A stretch of 64,000 nt of DNA from the human T2T-CHM13v2.0 reference genome, Homo sapiens. Positions 27,846 through 41,209 of this stretch are shown in pieces (positions within the stretch are counted from its first letter, which is position 1; each line of letters starts with the position of its first letter). Below the pieces are notes generated by a model that ran no database searches, was not told the origin of the DNA, and saw nothing but the letters and a program-made list of their open reading frames with translations. Position numbers and translations under genes: made by a program. The stretch lies in the NCBI RefSeq assembly GCF_009914755.1, contig NC_060930.1; one strand, 5' to 3'.

Positions 27846-29019
27846 GGTCTTTTTCTTTCCTCCTCTTCCTAAATGGAAATTGAATTGGCTCTATCAACTA
27901 CAGTCAGAAGGACAATTGATAAATTGATCAAATAAGCACTACTAATTTGCTGTATGAATCAGGGGTGAGTGTGGGTGTATGTGTGTGTGTGTGGTAAGAT
28001 GAGCTACATATCACACTATAACTTGACTTGCCTTTCTGGCAAGAGCTGCTCTTATTAAATGCCTCCCATTTATTTTTATCTCAAGCATACATTCAGTGAA
28101 ATTTTCATTTTTTCTTACAAAAAGACTTTTATGAATTATTAATCATTTAGCAAATTCATTAAATCATGTCAGGGTTAGTAACCCTGTGCTTTTAAAATAT
28201 TTCAGCTACCTGAATTTTACTGCTATGACACTGACTATTAAGAAAAACTGAGATTTTTTTTTTCCTTTCTGAATGATTTCTTTATTGTTCACTTTGGGAA
28301 ACTAATGGGCAGTGAGTTTCAGTCCTTTCTAAACTGGAATTTTCCTTTAAGACATCCACTAAGAATGTGTATCACATCTGCAGTGATTTGAAAATCTATG
28401 ACTCAAAAAAATATTTTAAATTATTTCTACTTTTCCAAAATGGCTTTCAAAGGACGAACAATGGAAAGAGTAGCAGTTTTTAATATACCAGTGTTCACAA
28501 GGCCAAATGCTTCGTTTGTAGCTTTGTGTTCTTTGTTTAAAAAAAAATCTGTCCAGTATCATTTCAGAGTTTTACTGAAATATTATCAAGTTTTTAGTGT
28601 TGACTTCAGTGCTTTATATAGTCTCAGTTTTATTCTTTGATCTCCTGCTTTAGTCCTCCAGAGTCAAAGTGGAGGTCATGACTAAACCCTCCTCAATTTC
28701 TACCTTTGAAAAGATGGGAAGCTAGAGGCAGTTAAAACCTAAAAGAAAAAAAAAATTCAAAGCACTTATACCTTAGTTGATCAAGTTTTAAATTCAAGTT
28801 ACTATATGAAAAGGGAATTATTCTATTATAGACATTATATTTAAACTATCTGGGGTTTATATTTCTTCTTTATGACAAAGATTAGAGTGTTACTTCATTT
28901 ATCCCATGATGTGTTCCAGAGCAGAAGTTGAGGTGATCTTTATATAAAATATAGAACTATGCTACGTCTCTGCCAAAAAATTGTTATTGACTCCTATTGC
29001 ACCTACATAAAACCTAAAT

Positions 29020-29812
29020 TCCTTTCTGTGTATTAGCTGGTAGCTATTTGTCTGCCCAATACCCAAATTCCTTTCCTGTGTGGAGGGATATCCCCACTGT
29101 GTGAGCCTTCCAAGCATTCCTTTTCCACCAACTGGCAGCTTATGCACACACCCATGACCTAAGCATAGCCAGTTAGGCTGCTGCAGGTGGAATTCTGAAT
29201 CTTGAGAGAAAGCCATAAGTATGAGATTCTTCCTTGTTAACATCAATTAGAAGGATTAACTATCCAGTGAAGACACAAACACTAGCAGTACCTTGAAGAC
29301 ATTGTAACTCTTTTTACCCTTTCTTGGTTACTGTTCATTTGGCAAACTTCTTTCTCCCTATTTCCCATCAATTATGGCTGCAATTCATTACCTTATAATA
29401 AATTCCTTTCTTCTTAAGATAGCCATCACTGCTACCTTAATCTGTTTTGTGCTGCTATAGAAAAATGCCTTTCTGGATAATTTATAAAAAACAGAAATTT
29501 ATTTCTCACAGTTCTGGAGGCTGGGAAGTACAAGATCAAGGCACTGGTATCTGGCATGGGCCTTCTTGCTGCATCCTCACATGGCATAAGTTGGAAAGGC
29601 AAGAGAGAGTGATTTATCTTCTCCAAGCCCTTCTTATAGTAGCGTTAATCCACTCGTGAGGGTTGAGCCCTCATGACCTAACATCTCCCAAAAGACCCCA
29701 CCTCCCAGAACTGTTGCATTAGGGATTAAGTTTCCAACACACAAATTCTGGGGGACAGATTCAGACAATAGCAACTGCCTTCTACTCTTTGCAGCCAAGA
29801 ACCTGAGCAGTG
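29020..29812. mobile_element. Old MLT1 LTR interrupted by an MST LTR
   Basis: MLT1-like text (aataaattcctttcttcttaag at ~29400) resumes after 29773. Confidence 0.6.
29433..29773 (-). mobile_element. MST (MSTC/D-like) MaLR LTR with 5-bp TSD actgc
   Basis: gaaatttatttctcacagttctggaggctgggaagtacaagatcaagg...ggggacagattcagacaatagca. Confidence 0.85.
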
Positions 29813-32158
29813 CATAGCCTATAAACTCTCATTTTTACCAAATTCCCTACCAGGTTGGCAACATTCAGGTTTACTGAATGTTTCGGTGCCTGAAACATTT
29901 GAATATTTTTCCTTTCTTTGCACATTCAGTTCCCTCTGCTAAGAGCTCTTTACTTTCTTTACATATGTGGCTAGCTCCTTTTCTTCATTTGAGTCTTAGT
30001 TCAAATGTCACCAATTCAAGCAGACCATCCCAAGTGGCAGAGATAATCCTTTGGCCATGTTGCTTCCCTCTCTTCTCTTCTTCCTACTTCCTTAGCATGC
30101 ATATTAGTCCATTACCTGGCAATTCTTAATTGCTAGGGAGCACAGAAAAAATATACCACATACTCTTTAGATCATAAACAAATAAAAGGCTAAAATTTTA
30201 TACTACTACCATTATCATTTAAGCTTAACATATATTGCAAGCAAAGAACATACATGGCTTTGAACATGAAGTTTAACTGTTACAAAGGTGTAAATATTAC
30301 ACTTTGTATAAGTTTTCTTACATAAGTTAGCAGGAATAATCCTCAAGCCATAAAATAAATTATCTGAAGAATCGGAGTCAGGCTTGAGCAAAAGGGGAAT
30401 GGAAACAGAGATATTTGAAATTCTAAAATTCAGAATGTACAATTTAATCTGAATGTTATAAACTTTATGCTAAATGACATTTTCTTGATATCTATTTTAA
30501 TGTCAATAAAACAAAAGACTGATGTCTCAAAAATCTTTATCTTCCCTGTATAAGTAAGCGAAGAAGACTTCTGCTGGTTTTTGTTAGAGCAATAGTATTA
30601 CAAAATTCTTACATTTTCCCTCTACTTGGGGACATTAAAATGAATATTTTCAGACCATAAATTGGATATCCTGAGACTTGGGGGACACTGAATTAATCTG
30701 TGCTGAAGAAGCAAGTAAAGATGACAGCAGAGATTGAAAGATCCTCTTGGCTTCCTTAAGACCCCTGTGTGGTAGATATATATCATAAATATGATATGTA
30801 TATTATATACGTACTGTGGGACTTCAGCATAGAGCCTTCTGAGAAAGGCACAATAGCAATAGGCAATAGGCATGCTAAAGAGAATGATACTTTGGGCACA
30901 GTGCCTATTTTTGGAATAGAAAATTCTTATTTTTTATTCCGTGGTGCAGCAAGAAGAGTGCCTCGGTACTTTGTCAATTCCACTTCACATTATTATGCTC
31001 TTCACCCCCTTCATTAAAGCACTGGTATGCAACTGATCATTCCTAATAATAGGCTCTCCACTATTAGAAGTGGGCCTTTTTCATTTTTCACCAAATTATG
31101 AAATAGCTTCCCATTATAACTTATGTTCTGTATACTCCAGCCAAGACTTTTCTCTCATCTTAAAATGCTCTGCTTTAAATGGGCCTCTAATGTATAATTT
31201 TTTTGTTTGAGCATTTCATTTTCTTTTTTGATTTATGTTTCTTTATAGCTGGTTAGACAGCTCTTTGTGATCTTTTGATGAAAGATTCTACATAAATAAA
31301 ATTGACTGAGAAGAAGGACCTTGATGGTAGCAGTAGAGAATGCCCTCTGCACTCCACAAACTTAAGATCAAAATTCAAATCTGAAACAAAAATTCAGAGA
31401 AGATTCTAGCTCTCCCTGTCTCTAACTTTTATTTTAAAAATTCAGATTAAAGTTGCCAATTTTATCCTATGCCGAATTTAAGCTGTTGTATACTGATTGA
31501 AGGAGTAGCTTTGGATTTTTCCACCAAAATGTACTGAGCTGTGAAGGCTAGAGTAAGTAAATAATGGTTATGCTGACTGAATTCAATGCCACTTAGCCAT
31601 TAAACTTTCAATCTGAAAAGCAACAAATATTTGGTATTTAGAACAGACAATGCTAGTCTTCTGCAAACAATAATTATCTGAAAACATTTAGGTCTTTAGG
31701 TTATTTCTAAAATATTTCCTATAAATTTTTTTGGTATTTCCCTATTTATATAGCTTACATTTATTTAATCCCATGTTATGAACTAGTTTTAATTGTTAAT
31801 GAATCACTGATGCCACCAAGAAAATATCTTCTCCTCACTATACTGTCATATAATCAAATACAGGTAGTTAGAAGCCTTTTAACTCATTTACATACTAACA
31901 GTAGCAAAAATATATTGAGCATACACAATGTGTTGGGCACTGTGCTAAGTAGTTTAACGTCATTGTCTCATTTCCATCAGCCAATAAGCTGTGACATAGG
32001 TATCATCACATACCTATATGGTGATCCAGCTCAAAGCAAAATCAACTAGGTTGGAAGTTGAACTGGGAAATGTCATGACTGAAATTTGGGATATTTTGAA
32101 TGTAAAGTCTAGGCACGTCACCCAAGATGTTCAGTAGAGAGTTGGAAATATAGATCAC

Positions 32159-32445
32159 GGCTGGACGCAGTGGCTCATGCCTGCAGTCCCAACAGTGCTT
32201 GGAAGGCTGAGACAGGAGGATTGCTTGAGAACAAGAGTTCAAGATCAGGCTGGGCAATATAGCGAGACCATGTATCTATCCAAAAAAATTTTTTTTAATT
32301 AGCCAGGGCATGGTGGAACACACCTATGGTCCTAGCTGCTCAGGAGGCTGAGGTGGGAGGATTGTTGGAGCCCAGGAGTTTAAGGCTATCATAAGCTATT
32401 GCACCATTGCAGTCCAGCCTGGGTGACAGAACAAGACCATAAAAC
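32159..32445 (+). mobile_element. AluJ, inserted into an L2/MIR remnant
   Basis: ggctggacgcagtggctcatgcctg...ggaggattgcttgag...ccagcctgggtgacaga. Confidence 0.9.
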
Positions 32446-33384
32446 CAGGAGTTGTCTATTCCCAGAGCATTAGCAGAGATAAGAGCAAATAGCCATTAAG
32501 AGCCCTAGGAAATGTATACAGTTGGAAATTGGAAAGAAAGGTTACAGGATAGTTTAGAAAAGGAAGATAATCAAGAAAATATATGATATCTCTCACAAAC
32601 AAGGTGTGTGCATCCACCATGCACCAGGTGCTATATCACCAATTGGTATTTGAAAGGAAGCAGAGAATTATAAATAGATGAATATCTGGTTAAACAACAA
32701 AGGGGACATCCTGGGAAATTGTGGAGTGGGAAATAAAAATATTGACAAGTAGTAACCTGAATCTAGGACAGACCCAGTCACTACAACTCTCTATTCTGCT
32801 CAATTAAAGCTCTTCTAGTTCAGGATTAAGAGTGAAGAACAGAAGCTAAGGTGAGTCAAAGCCTAAAGGGTAAAGCCCTGAACCAATGGAAAGACTATGG
32901 AGAAGCATTGACTGTGGGTTGTGTCCAAGAGAAAGGGATTTAGCCCCAAGGAGCATCCTATAGTGCCAAGTGAAACTGGATTCACCTGTTTTATATTTCT
33001 TGTATTCCTGAATTTCTAGGCTTAGATTCGGCTGCCACACTGAAGTTATCTTAGCAGAGGTGAATCATGACCTTGAAATCTGAAGGTCCAGGTTGGATAT
33101 GTGACTTAGTAGCTGATGTCAAGTAGCAAAATACAATGTAACATGATGGAGAGAAAGAAACTGCAAGTCTGAAGAATCCAAGGAGTGATTAATAAGAGGG
33201 GCCACGTAGCTAAGGACAAGCCGCAAATGAAGCTAAGGGCAACAGCAGAAAATATGTGGGTAGGGAGAGAAAACGATTTTTTTTAAAAAAAAAGGTGCAG
33301 ACATCAATGACTGGAATAAACTCCTCCAGGTGAGAGAGTTGGAGGGTGGAGTCAGCAAGAAATGAAGCAAGAGGTCATGAACTT

Positions 33385-33752
33385 TGATATGGTTTTTCTG
33401 TGTCCCCACCCAAATCTCATCTAGTTCCCATAATTCCCACATGTCATAGGAGAGACCTGGTGGAAGGTAATTGAATAATGGAGGTGGTTACCCCCATGCT
33501 GCTATTCTCATGATAGTGAGTGAGTTTTCACAAGATCTGATGGTTTTATAAGGGGCTTTTCCCCTGCTTGCTCTGCACTTCTTGATGCCACCATGTGAAG
33601 AAGGACGTGTTTGCTTCTGCTTCCTCCATGATTGTAAGTTTCCTGAGGCCTCCCAAGCCATGCAGAACTGCGAGTCAATTAAACTTCTTTCCTTTATAAA
33701 TTACCTAATCTTGGGTATGTCTTTATGAGCAGCATGAGAATGGAGTAATACA
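33385..33752 (+). mobile_element. THE1 (MaLR) solo LTR
   Basis: tgatatggtttttctgtgtccccacccaaatctcatc...cagcatgagaatggagtaataca. Confidence 0.93.
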
Positions 33753-34442
33753 AATAAGGAGAAAGGCAGAAACAATGTCAGATAAAATGGCCCTAAGGAT
33801 CAAGGCCACCAGTACCAACTACAACCACTAGAATACGTGAGTAGTAATGTGATCTAAGGCAGGCAGACTAAATAGGCAGGAAGCAAAAGGGAGAGTAGAA
33901 ACAGACAGTGGTGTAAAGGCAGGAAGAGTGTAAATGTGTATGACAGGCCATAGGGTGAGAAGTCTGGGTCTGGGACAGGGAGGAACAAAATCGAAAATGA
34001 TGTTAGAAAGTAAGCCCTGGGAGAAGAAAAAAAAAATGTTTATAAATAAATTGGAGAGACAAAATAGGACATACTGGGTTCATGGAGGAGGGGTACAAAG
34101 GATGATACATAAACTTAGAAAATATATGTTAAGCTAAGAAAAGATATATTAGCCCCTGTAATCCCCAAAGTTGAGACAAGAAGTTAAGACAGGATATTGG
34201 CTTTCCAGGAGGCGACAGCATAGGAGAAAATGTGGACTGGCCAGCAAGTCAGTGACACTGTTCATCATAGATTGGAAAAGTGCTGTGGTAGCCAGAGGAA
34301 GAAAGAAGTTTACACACATGAACATATGCATGCATGCATACACACATGCACACACCCTCATAAACACTAATCTAAGCCAGATCCCATTTCCCTTATACAT
34401 AGAAACACTAATATCAGAAGCTTAGTCAATTATTCATGAAAT

Positions 34443-34549
34443 GTAGCTCTTTGAATTTACTTTTATTCACTTGATCAGATAGTTGTAAGTAACTAGTTTT
34501 AAGTAACAACTATCTGATCAAGTGAATAAAAGTAAATTCAAAGAGCTAC
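34443..34549. repeat. Perfect 44-bp inverted repeat with a 19-nt spacer
   Basis: 34443-34486 is the exact reverse complement of 34506-34549. Confidence 0.97.
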
Positions 34550-34899
34550 TTTTGAATAAATTCAGATTTATTTATAATAAATTTACTTGTATTCATTTGA
34601 TCAGATGATGTTAAGTTTTGCTTTTGTGAAAAGTATGCAACTATGCTTAACATTAAACTTGACATTAAACATTTAAACTTCCCAACAAACTGACATAATA
34701 GTTTAAAAATCTGGTTTGTCAATATGTTCCAACCTTAGCTGTGTCTTCCAGTCATGGTTCTTCCCATGCGATGTCAAGGGTCTACTCAAGAAAATGGGAA
34801 TGAGGCAATAAAATATACCTTCACCTGGACAATTCCAGGACAACTCTTGGAGGAATTGCAATAAGAAATAGCACTGCGAGCAAGACATTAGGATTTAGA

Positions 34900-35160
34900 A
34901 ATGAGGTGGGGGAAATGGGAAAATGTTGGTCAAAGGACATAAAGTTTTAGTTATGTAGGATGAATAAGTTCTGTAGATCTAATGTACAGAATGGGGACTA
35001 TAGTTGGTAATACTGTATTGTATACTTGAAATTTGCTAAGGGAGTTGATCTGAAGTATTCACACCACACACAAAACAAAATGGTAACTGTGTGAAGAGAT
35101 GGATATATTAATTAGCTTGACTGTAGTATTTTGTCACTAAGAGTGTCAAAATATCATATA
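34900..35160 (+). mobile_element. L1MA (old) 3'UTR fragment
   Basis: gttggtcaaaggacataaagtt...aatactgtattgtatacttgaaatttgctaag...gatatattaattagcttga. Confidence 0.85.
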
Positions 35161-35774
35161 ATTTCCAAAATTAGGAAAGTCAACATTTATACAAATTCAC
35201 TGGAAGAAGACCAAAAATTGTAAAACTTTTAAATACTAGTAATGGAAAAAAGATATTATACACATAAATTAAGGTTGTAGAACTATGAATGTTCACTGAT
35301 AAGAGGTTTTCTGTACACTGTAAAAGTACTAAGTAACAAATACATTACTTCTCATCTTCTTTTTAGTACTGATAGTCTTAAAACCATTTTTGTTTTTCTT
35401 TAGTCTTTTAGTTATCAGTGTTATGATAAAAGTGGAAATTTTAAATGTATCATTGGATAATAAACTAATATTGGCAATAAACATATTAAAGAAAACTTCT
35501 TTTAAATTAAAGACATACTAAAATTCAAAATTGTGTTTTCAATGAAGACTTAGGGTAATAAGCCCATTTTAGAGGTGGTATAGTAATCTGAGACCATTGG
35601 AAAAATATGTATGTTTTATATTTGGAATGAAATGTTCTATATGAATACATTAAAGTAAAACAGTTATAATTTTTGCCTTGTTCTTACATGCCTAAACCAT
35701 TATAATGCAGAATTATTTCAAGGTAGATTATCATTTTATGAATATTATAAAGTAATTCTAGTAAAAGTAGTATT

Positions 35775-36115
35775 CGTGTCAGTATTAAGATAGGAAAATC
35801 AATGCTACGGCAACAAACAACCTCAAAATCTCAGTGACTTAACACTGTAAGCTTTACTTCACATTCATAGCCCATGTCCATTGCATTTCAACAGCAGTGT
35901 CTGCTCTTTGGCCACTCAGACTGACAATGGCGGAACCATACCAGGTGTAAAGTACCTCCTTCCTGGTCATTGGCAAAGAAAGTGGAAGATAGAGAGAAAG
36001 TAACTTACTAGCAATTAAATGCTTCAACCCAGTGGAAATACTAGTCACATAAGAACTAGTCACATAGGAAGTAAAGAACTGGGAAGTGACTTTCTCCTTG
36101 TTTCCAAGAGAGAAT
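35775..36115. mobile_element. MLT1J/K-like LTR
   Basis: caacaaacaacctcaaaatctcagtgacttaac...gcaattaaatgcttcaacccag. Confidence 0.7.
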
Positions 36116-36990
36116 GAGTTAATTTCCATTTTTATTCCACCATGGTCTGAGAAGATACTTGATATATTTACAATTCTCACTTTTTTGTTCCAACATCCAT
36201 AGACATACTTCGACTCCCAACTTTGGAAGAAAACAATATTAATACTCTCTTTCCCTTTAGCTTTCCTTCACCCTCCACTCCTTCTACCTTTGCTGGTAAT
36301 ACTTACATTCTGATACCATAATTAGGTCTTGTGGATTGTCTGTACATTGGAAGTTGGAAATTTGACTATGTAAATATTGCTCATTGGAAAGAACAAGTAG
36401 TAAACTATAATTATATTTGGTTTCATTGACGGCTATTTCTTTCTTGGAATTTCTCACTGTTTTCCTTTCTAGCAACTATTAGTCTGTGTCATTATCTTCA
36501 TTTTTCTAATTCTCCATCTAGTTGTGTATTATATTCATTTTCCCTTTATCCAGTAATCTCCTTCCCAAGATTGTTGCTCTTTCATTTCTAACCTAGACTG
36601 ATTGCTCACCAGGCATGCCATTTTGCTCTCATCTTAAGACTCCCCTTCACAACTTTCCTACGTTGGTTCTATTATTTCCTGAATCCTATGATTTCTTGTT
36701 CTTGGTTACCCCCTGATTTTTTTAGAGTACATTTTCAAGTATCTTCCTAATAAAGTGGTTTTGGGAGGTTCCATATTTACTCTGCTCTTCAGGATAAATA
36801 CAGCACCTTTACCTGCATATGATATCAGTAACCCAGGAAGCTGTCCATACTCAGAACTCAGAACTCTCAGTGGGCCCCAGCCACCTTCTGACTGTTAGGA
36901 TCTACATTCTGGGCCTGAGGACTCATTTTCCTAGAATATAGAAAGCCGTGCTGCCCACAAAGAGAAATCTAGAAGTATACGAAAATACTG

Positions 36991-38924
36991 ATGGGTTTGG
37001 ATTTAGTTTGTTCTTGTTTCTCTAGTTTCTTGAGGCACGACCTTAGGTTGTCTATTAGTGTTCTTTCAGACTTTTTGCTGTAGATATTGAATGCTATGAA
37101 CTTTCCTCTTAGCACTGCTTTTGCTGTAACCCAGAGGTTTTGATAAGTTGTGCCACTATTAACATTCAGTTCAAAGAATTTTTTAATTTCCATCTTGACT
37201 TCATCATTAACCAGAAGATCATTCAAGAGCAGATTATTTAATGTTCATGTATCGCATAGTTTTGAGGGTTCCTTTTGGAGTTAATTTCCATTTTTATTCC
37301 ACCATGGCCTGAGATGATACTTGATATGATTTTGATTTTCTTAAATTTATTGAGACTTGTTTTGTAGCGTATCATATGGTCTATTCTACCTTGGAGAATG
37401 TTCCAATCCTAAAATTCATATGAGAGCAAGAAAAGCCCACATAGCCAAAGCAATACTAAGCAAAAGAATACGTCTGGAGGCATCATATTACTCGACTTTG
37501 AATTATACCACAAGGCTATAGTTGCCAAAGCAGCATGGTACTGGTATAAAAATAGGCAGGTAAACCAATAGAACAGAATAGAGAACCCATAAATAAAACC
37601 GAATATTTACAGCTAACTAATCTTCGACAAAGCATGCAAAAACATAAACTGGGGAAAGAATACTCTATTCAATAAATTGTGCTGGGATAACTGGCAAGCC
37701 ATATGTAGAAGAATGAAACTGGATTCTTATCCCTCACCTTACACAAAAATTAACTCAAGATGGATCAAAAACTTAATCTGAATTTGTATGGCCTGAAACC
37801 ATAAAAAATCTAGAACATAACATCAGAAAAACTCTTCTAGACATTGGCTTAGGCAAAGAATTCATAACAAAGAATTCATAACCAAGAACCCAAAAGCAAA
37901 TGCAACAAAATCAAAAATAAATAAATGAGACCTCATTAAACTAAAAAGCTTCTGCACAGAAAAAGAAATAATCAGCAGAGTAAACAGACAACCCACAGAG
38001 TAGGAGAAAATATTCATAAACCATGCATCCCACAAATGACGAATAACCAGAATCTACAAGGAACTCAAATTAGCAAGAGAAAAGCAAATAATCCCATCAA
38101 AATGAGGGCAAAGAACATGAATAGGTAATTCTCAAAAGAAGATATACAAACAGCCAACAAACATACAAAAAATGTTCAACATTACTAATTATCAGGGAAA
38201 TGCAAATTAAAACCCAATGAGATATCTCCTCACTCCTGCAAGAATGGCCGTAATTTAAAACATCAAAAAATAATAGATGTTGGCGTGGATGTGGTTATGA
38301 GAACCCTTTAACACTGCTGGTGGGAATGTAAACTAGTACAACCACTATGGAAAACAGTGTGGAGATTCCTTAAAGAACCAAAAGAAGAATTACCATTTGA
38401 TCTAGCAATGCCATTACTGGCTACCCAAAGGAAAAGAAGTCATTATATGAAAAGGACACATGCACATGCATGTTTATAGCAGCACAATTTGCAGTTGCAA
38501 AAATATGGAATCAACCTAAATTCCCATCAACTGAGTGGAAAAGAAAATGTGGAATACTACTCAGTCATAAAACAGAATGAAGTAATGGCTTTTGCAGCAA
38601 CTCCGATGGAGGTGGAGGCCACTATTCTAAGTGAAGTAACTCAGGAATGAAAAACCAAATATCGTATGTTCTCATTTATAAGTGGGAGCTAAGCTATAAG
38701 AATGCAAAGGCGTAAGAATAATATGATGGACTTCGGGGACTTGGCAGGAAAGGGTAGAAGTGGGGTGAGGGATAAAAGACTACATATTGGATGTACACTG
38801 CTCGCATGACAGGTACACCAAAATCTCAGAAATCACCACTAAACAATTTATTCATGTAAAAAACAAAAAAAAATAAAAACACCTAATCCCCAAAAACTAC
38901 TCATTAAAATTTTTTTTACAAAAA
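36991..38924 (+). mobile_element. L1PB (L1PB1-like) with 5' inversion (twin priming) and an 11-bp TSD
   Basis: Antisense ORF2 EN/linker piece at 36991-37405, then sense ORF2 3' part and L1PB 3'UTR at 37406-38924. gaaaatactga occurs at 36981-36991 and 38925-38935. Confidence 0.92.
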
Positions 38925-38935
38925 GAAAATACTGA

Positions 38936-39238
38936 GGCATTAATATCTGCTGAGAACATGCCTAAGTAATAACTTTCAAGACTTGTATAAATACCCCAGC
39001 TCCCTCTGCCTTTGGATGCAGTAATTCTGAGATGAGTACTTTGTACCATTTCCCAAAATCTCCTGTGTGCTTAAACTACAGTTGCCCACAGTGATCGCTC
39101 TCCTTTTATTCACTACCCTTTTTCCCTGTTTTATTTCCCTTCACTTCCCTACTAGTGTTGCCTGAACTTCCCATAAAAACTTCTTACCCTCAAATTCATG
39201 GTGCAAGACGTGCTTCAGGAGAAACTCAAACTAAGTCA
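38936..39238 (+). mobile_element. LTR16-like ERVL LTR; its 5' part at ~36780-36980 is separated by the L1PB
   Basis: gtataaataccccagctccctc...cagttgcccacagtg...gagaaactcaaactaag. Confidence 0.7.
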
Positions 39239-41037
39239 GGACCTAGCAGTTTTGAGTTCCTATTTTGTGATATATGCTGCATTATTTAATCCCTACAACA
39301 ACCTTCTGAGAAAAATGATTGTAAAGATTAGAATAATATAGTATATGATTTAATTAAATATGTGGAAATGGAGTACAGCAAGTCTACGGCATGCAAAGCA
39401 CAGATTCTCACCCATTCTGCCTGAGGCCAAAGCCCGGGTCCTGTGGCTTTGCATGTGGCCCTGTTCATAGACTGAGGGAAAGTAAGCACCTCCTTGCAGC
39501 CTCTACCTCATTCCAGAAGAAGGACTTGAACCCCTAACCCACAAAAACATTGAAAATCTTTTTCTTTTGCCACTTCAAATTCCTTACGGAACTGCATAAT
39601 ATTCATAAACAACTATATTTATTCTATACCTACTGCCTAATTTTCAATAAGCCAGTCCTAATTTCCTTCAGGCCTTAGACCTCTATAGGCCAGTGCTTAT
39701 TTTCATGGCTGATTAATGGTTCTGATTAGTCCTCGAAGCAGGAAATCCAATATCCCTTAGGGGAACCCTAAAGATGCAGATGACCATGAATTCAAGGAAG
39801 CCTATTCACAACAAAAATCAATGGAGAAAGGAGGCAATGTTAATGCAGACAACATTCTACCAGTTTCTAAATGCAAGTCCTTAGACAGAGAGAGTGGAGG
39901 GAGGGGAGGGGATAACAGAGAATGTATTCAGAATACCACATTGCAGTTTCATCACTCTAAAAGCCAGCTTTAACAACTCCCTTCCCAATGTGGAAATTTA
40001 AATCTTCCTTTTTGTGAATTTTGACTGGTTTACAGCCCTGAAAGAAAACTTTACCTCTCTCAGAGATTACCTCTTGGATTGAATATGTGTCCAGGAGTGG
40101 AGAATGCTTGATTTCAGAGAAACTACATCACAAACACAGCACAAGCACCATTAGAATAATTTAAAGATAATAAACTTAAAAAACTGTGGAAATGTGAAAA
40201 CTACACCAATTTTTATAACATGTAGCTTATCTGACTGCAGGTATCACTTTTAAGATGATCATAAAGTTTTCTAAAAGGTTTTTGATAGAGTAGATATTTT
40301 TCAGTCCAACAAATGTAACTCTTCCTTTGTCATTATTTATTTTGTTGTTTAATTTTTTTATACATAGCAGGGCAATATTGCATCCCTTCCACTTCCTTCT
40401 GCCTATCCTTCCTTCTGAGCAACGTGAAGGAGTGGGAAGCAATGCAGATTTTTCAAGAAATAAGAGGGAGAGAGGCTTTCCTCAGTAACTGTCTCTTTCC
40501 TGTCCCATGTCTGACTCAGCCACAAAGGATAATACCTTCCTAACTTTACTTAATCTTCCTCAAGATCTATTCAAGCTGCTGAAGTCACGCAAGCTGAAGT
40601 CACAGTAACTGTACATAGCTTATGAATCAGAAAATTTTACATCTACATTTCAAAACATTGGCGAACAATTATCATTCTGTTTGGTGCCTGCCTCTGTGCT
40701 GGACAGTAGAATGGATACAAAATGATGATTTTTCCTTATATTTGAATAGTATGTTACATATAAATAGTTTTGAAATTGTGTCACCCATTCTCTGCAGTAC
40801 CAGGGAATTCATGGGAAGGGGCAGGACATAGCGGCTAACAGCTATCTACTTCCACCTATGTCAAATGTTGTTACTTAGCTTTATGTATCTTTAATATAGT
40901 GGGTCATCAATTCACATAATAATGTTACAAGACAAATTTTTTTCCATTGGAAAACAAAGTGAAAGAATCAACTTAAATAAGATTGGGAGCTCTATATCAC
41001 TCCAAGAAGTAATTTTTCTCTTCTTTCTCTTTCTCTT

Positions 41038-41040
<3 letters not shown>

Positions 41041-41076
<36 letters not shown>
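41041..41076. repeat. (CA)n microsatellite
   Basis: Seen directly in the sequence. Confidence 0.97.
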
Positions 41077-41082
<6 letters not shown>

Positions 41083-41209
41083 TCAGGACTATCTTGCAAA
41101 TGGGACAGCATAGCAAAAAGAAAAACACTGTGTGTGCTACATAAAGTAATGTATGTAAAGCACTAGCATACTGCCTGGGGAAAAGTAGAAGTGTGATAGA
41201 TGTTTGTGC

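Noticed and set aside
34443-34549. Naming the hairpin as a known miRNA or MADE1/miR-548 element
   Set aside because: It does not match MADE1 or any miRNA I can recall, so it is reported only as an inverted repeat.
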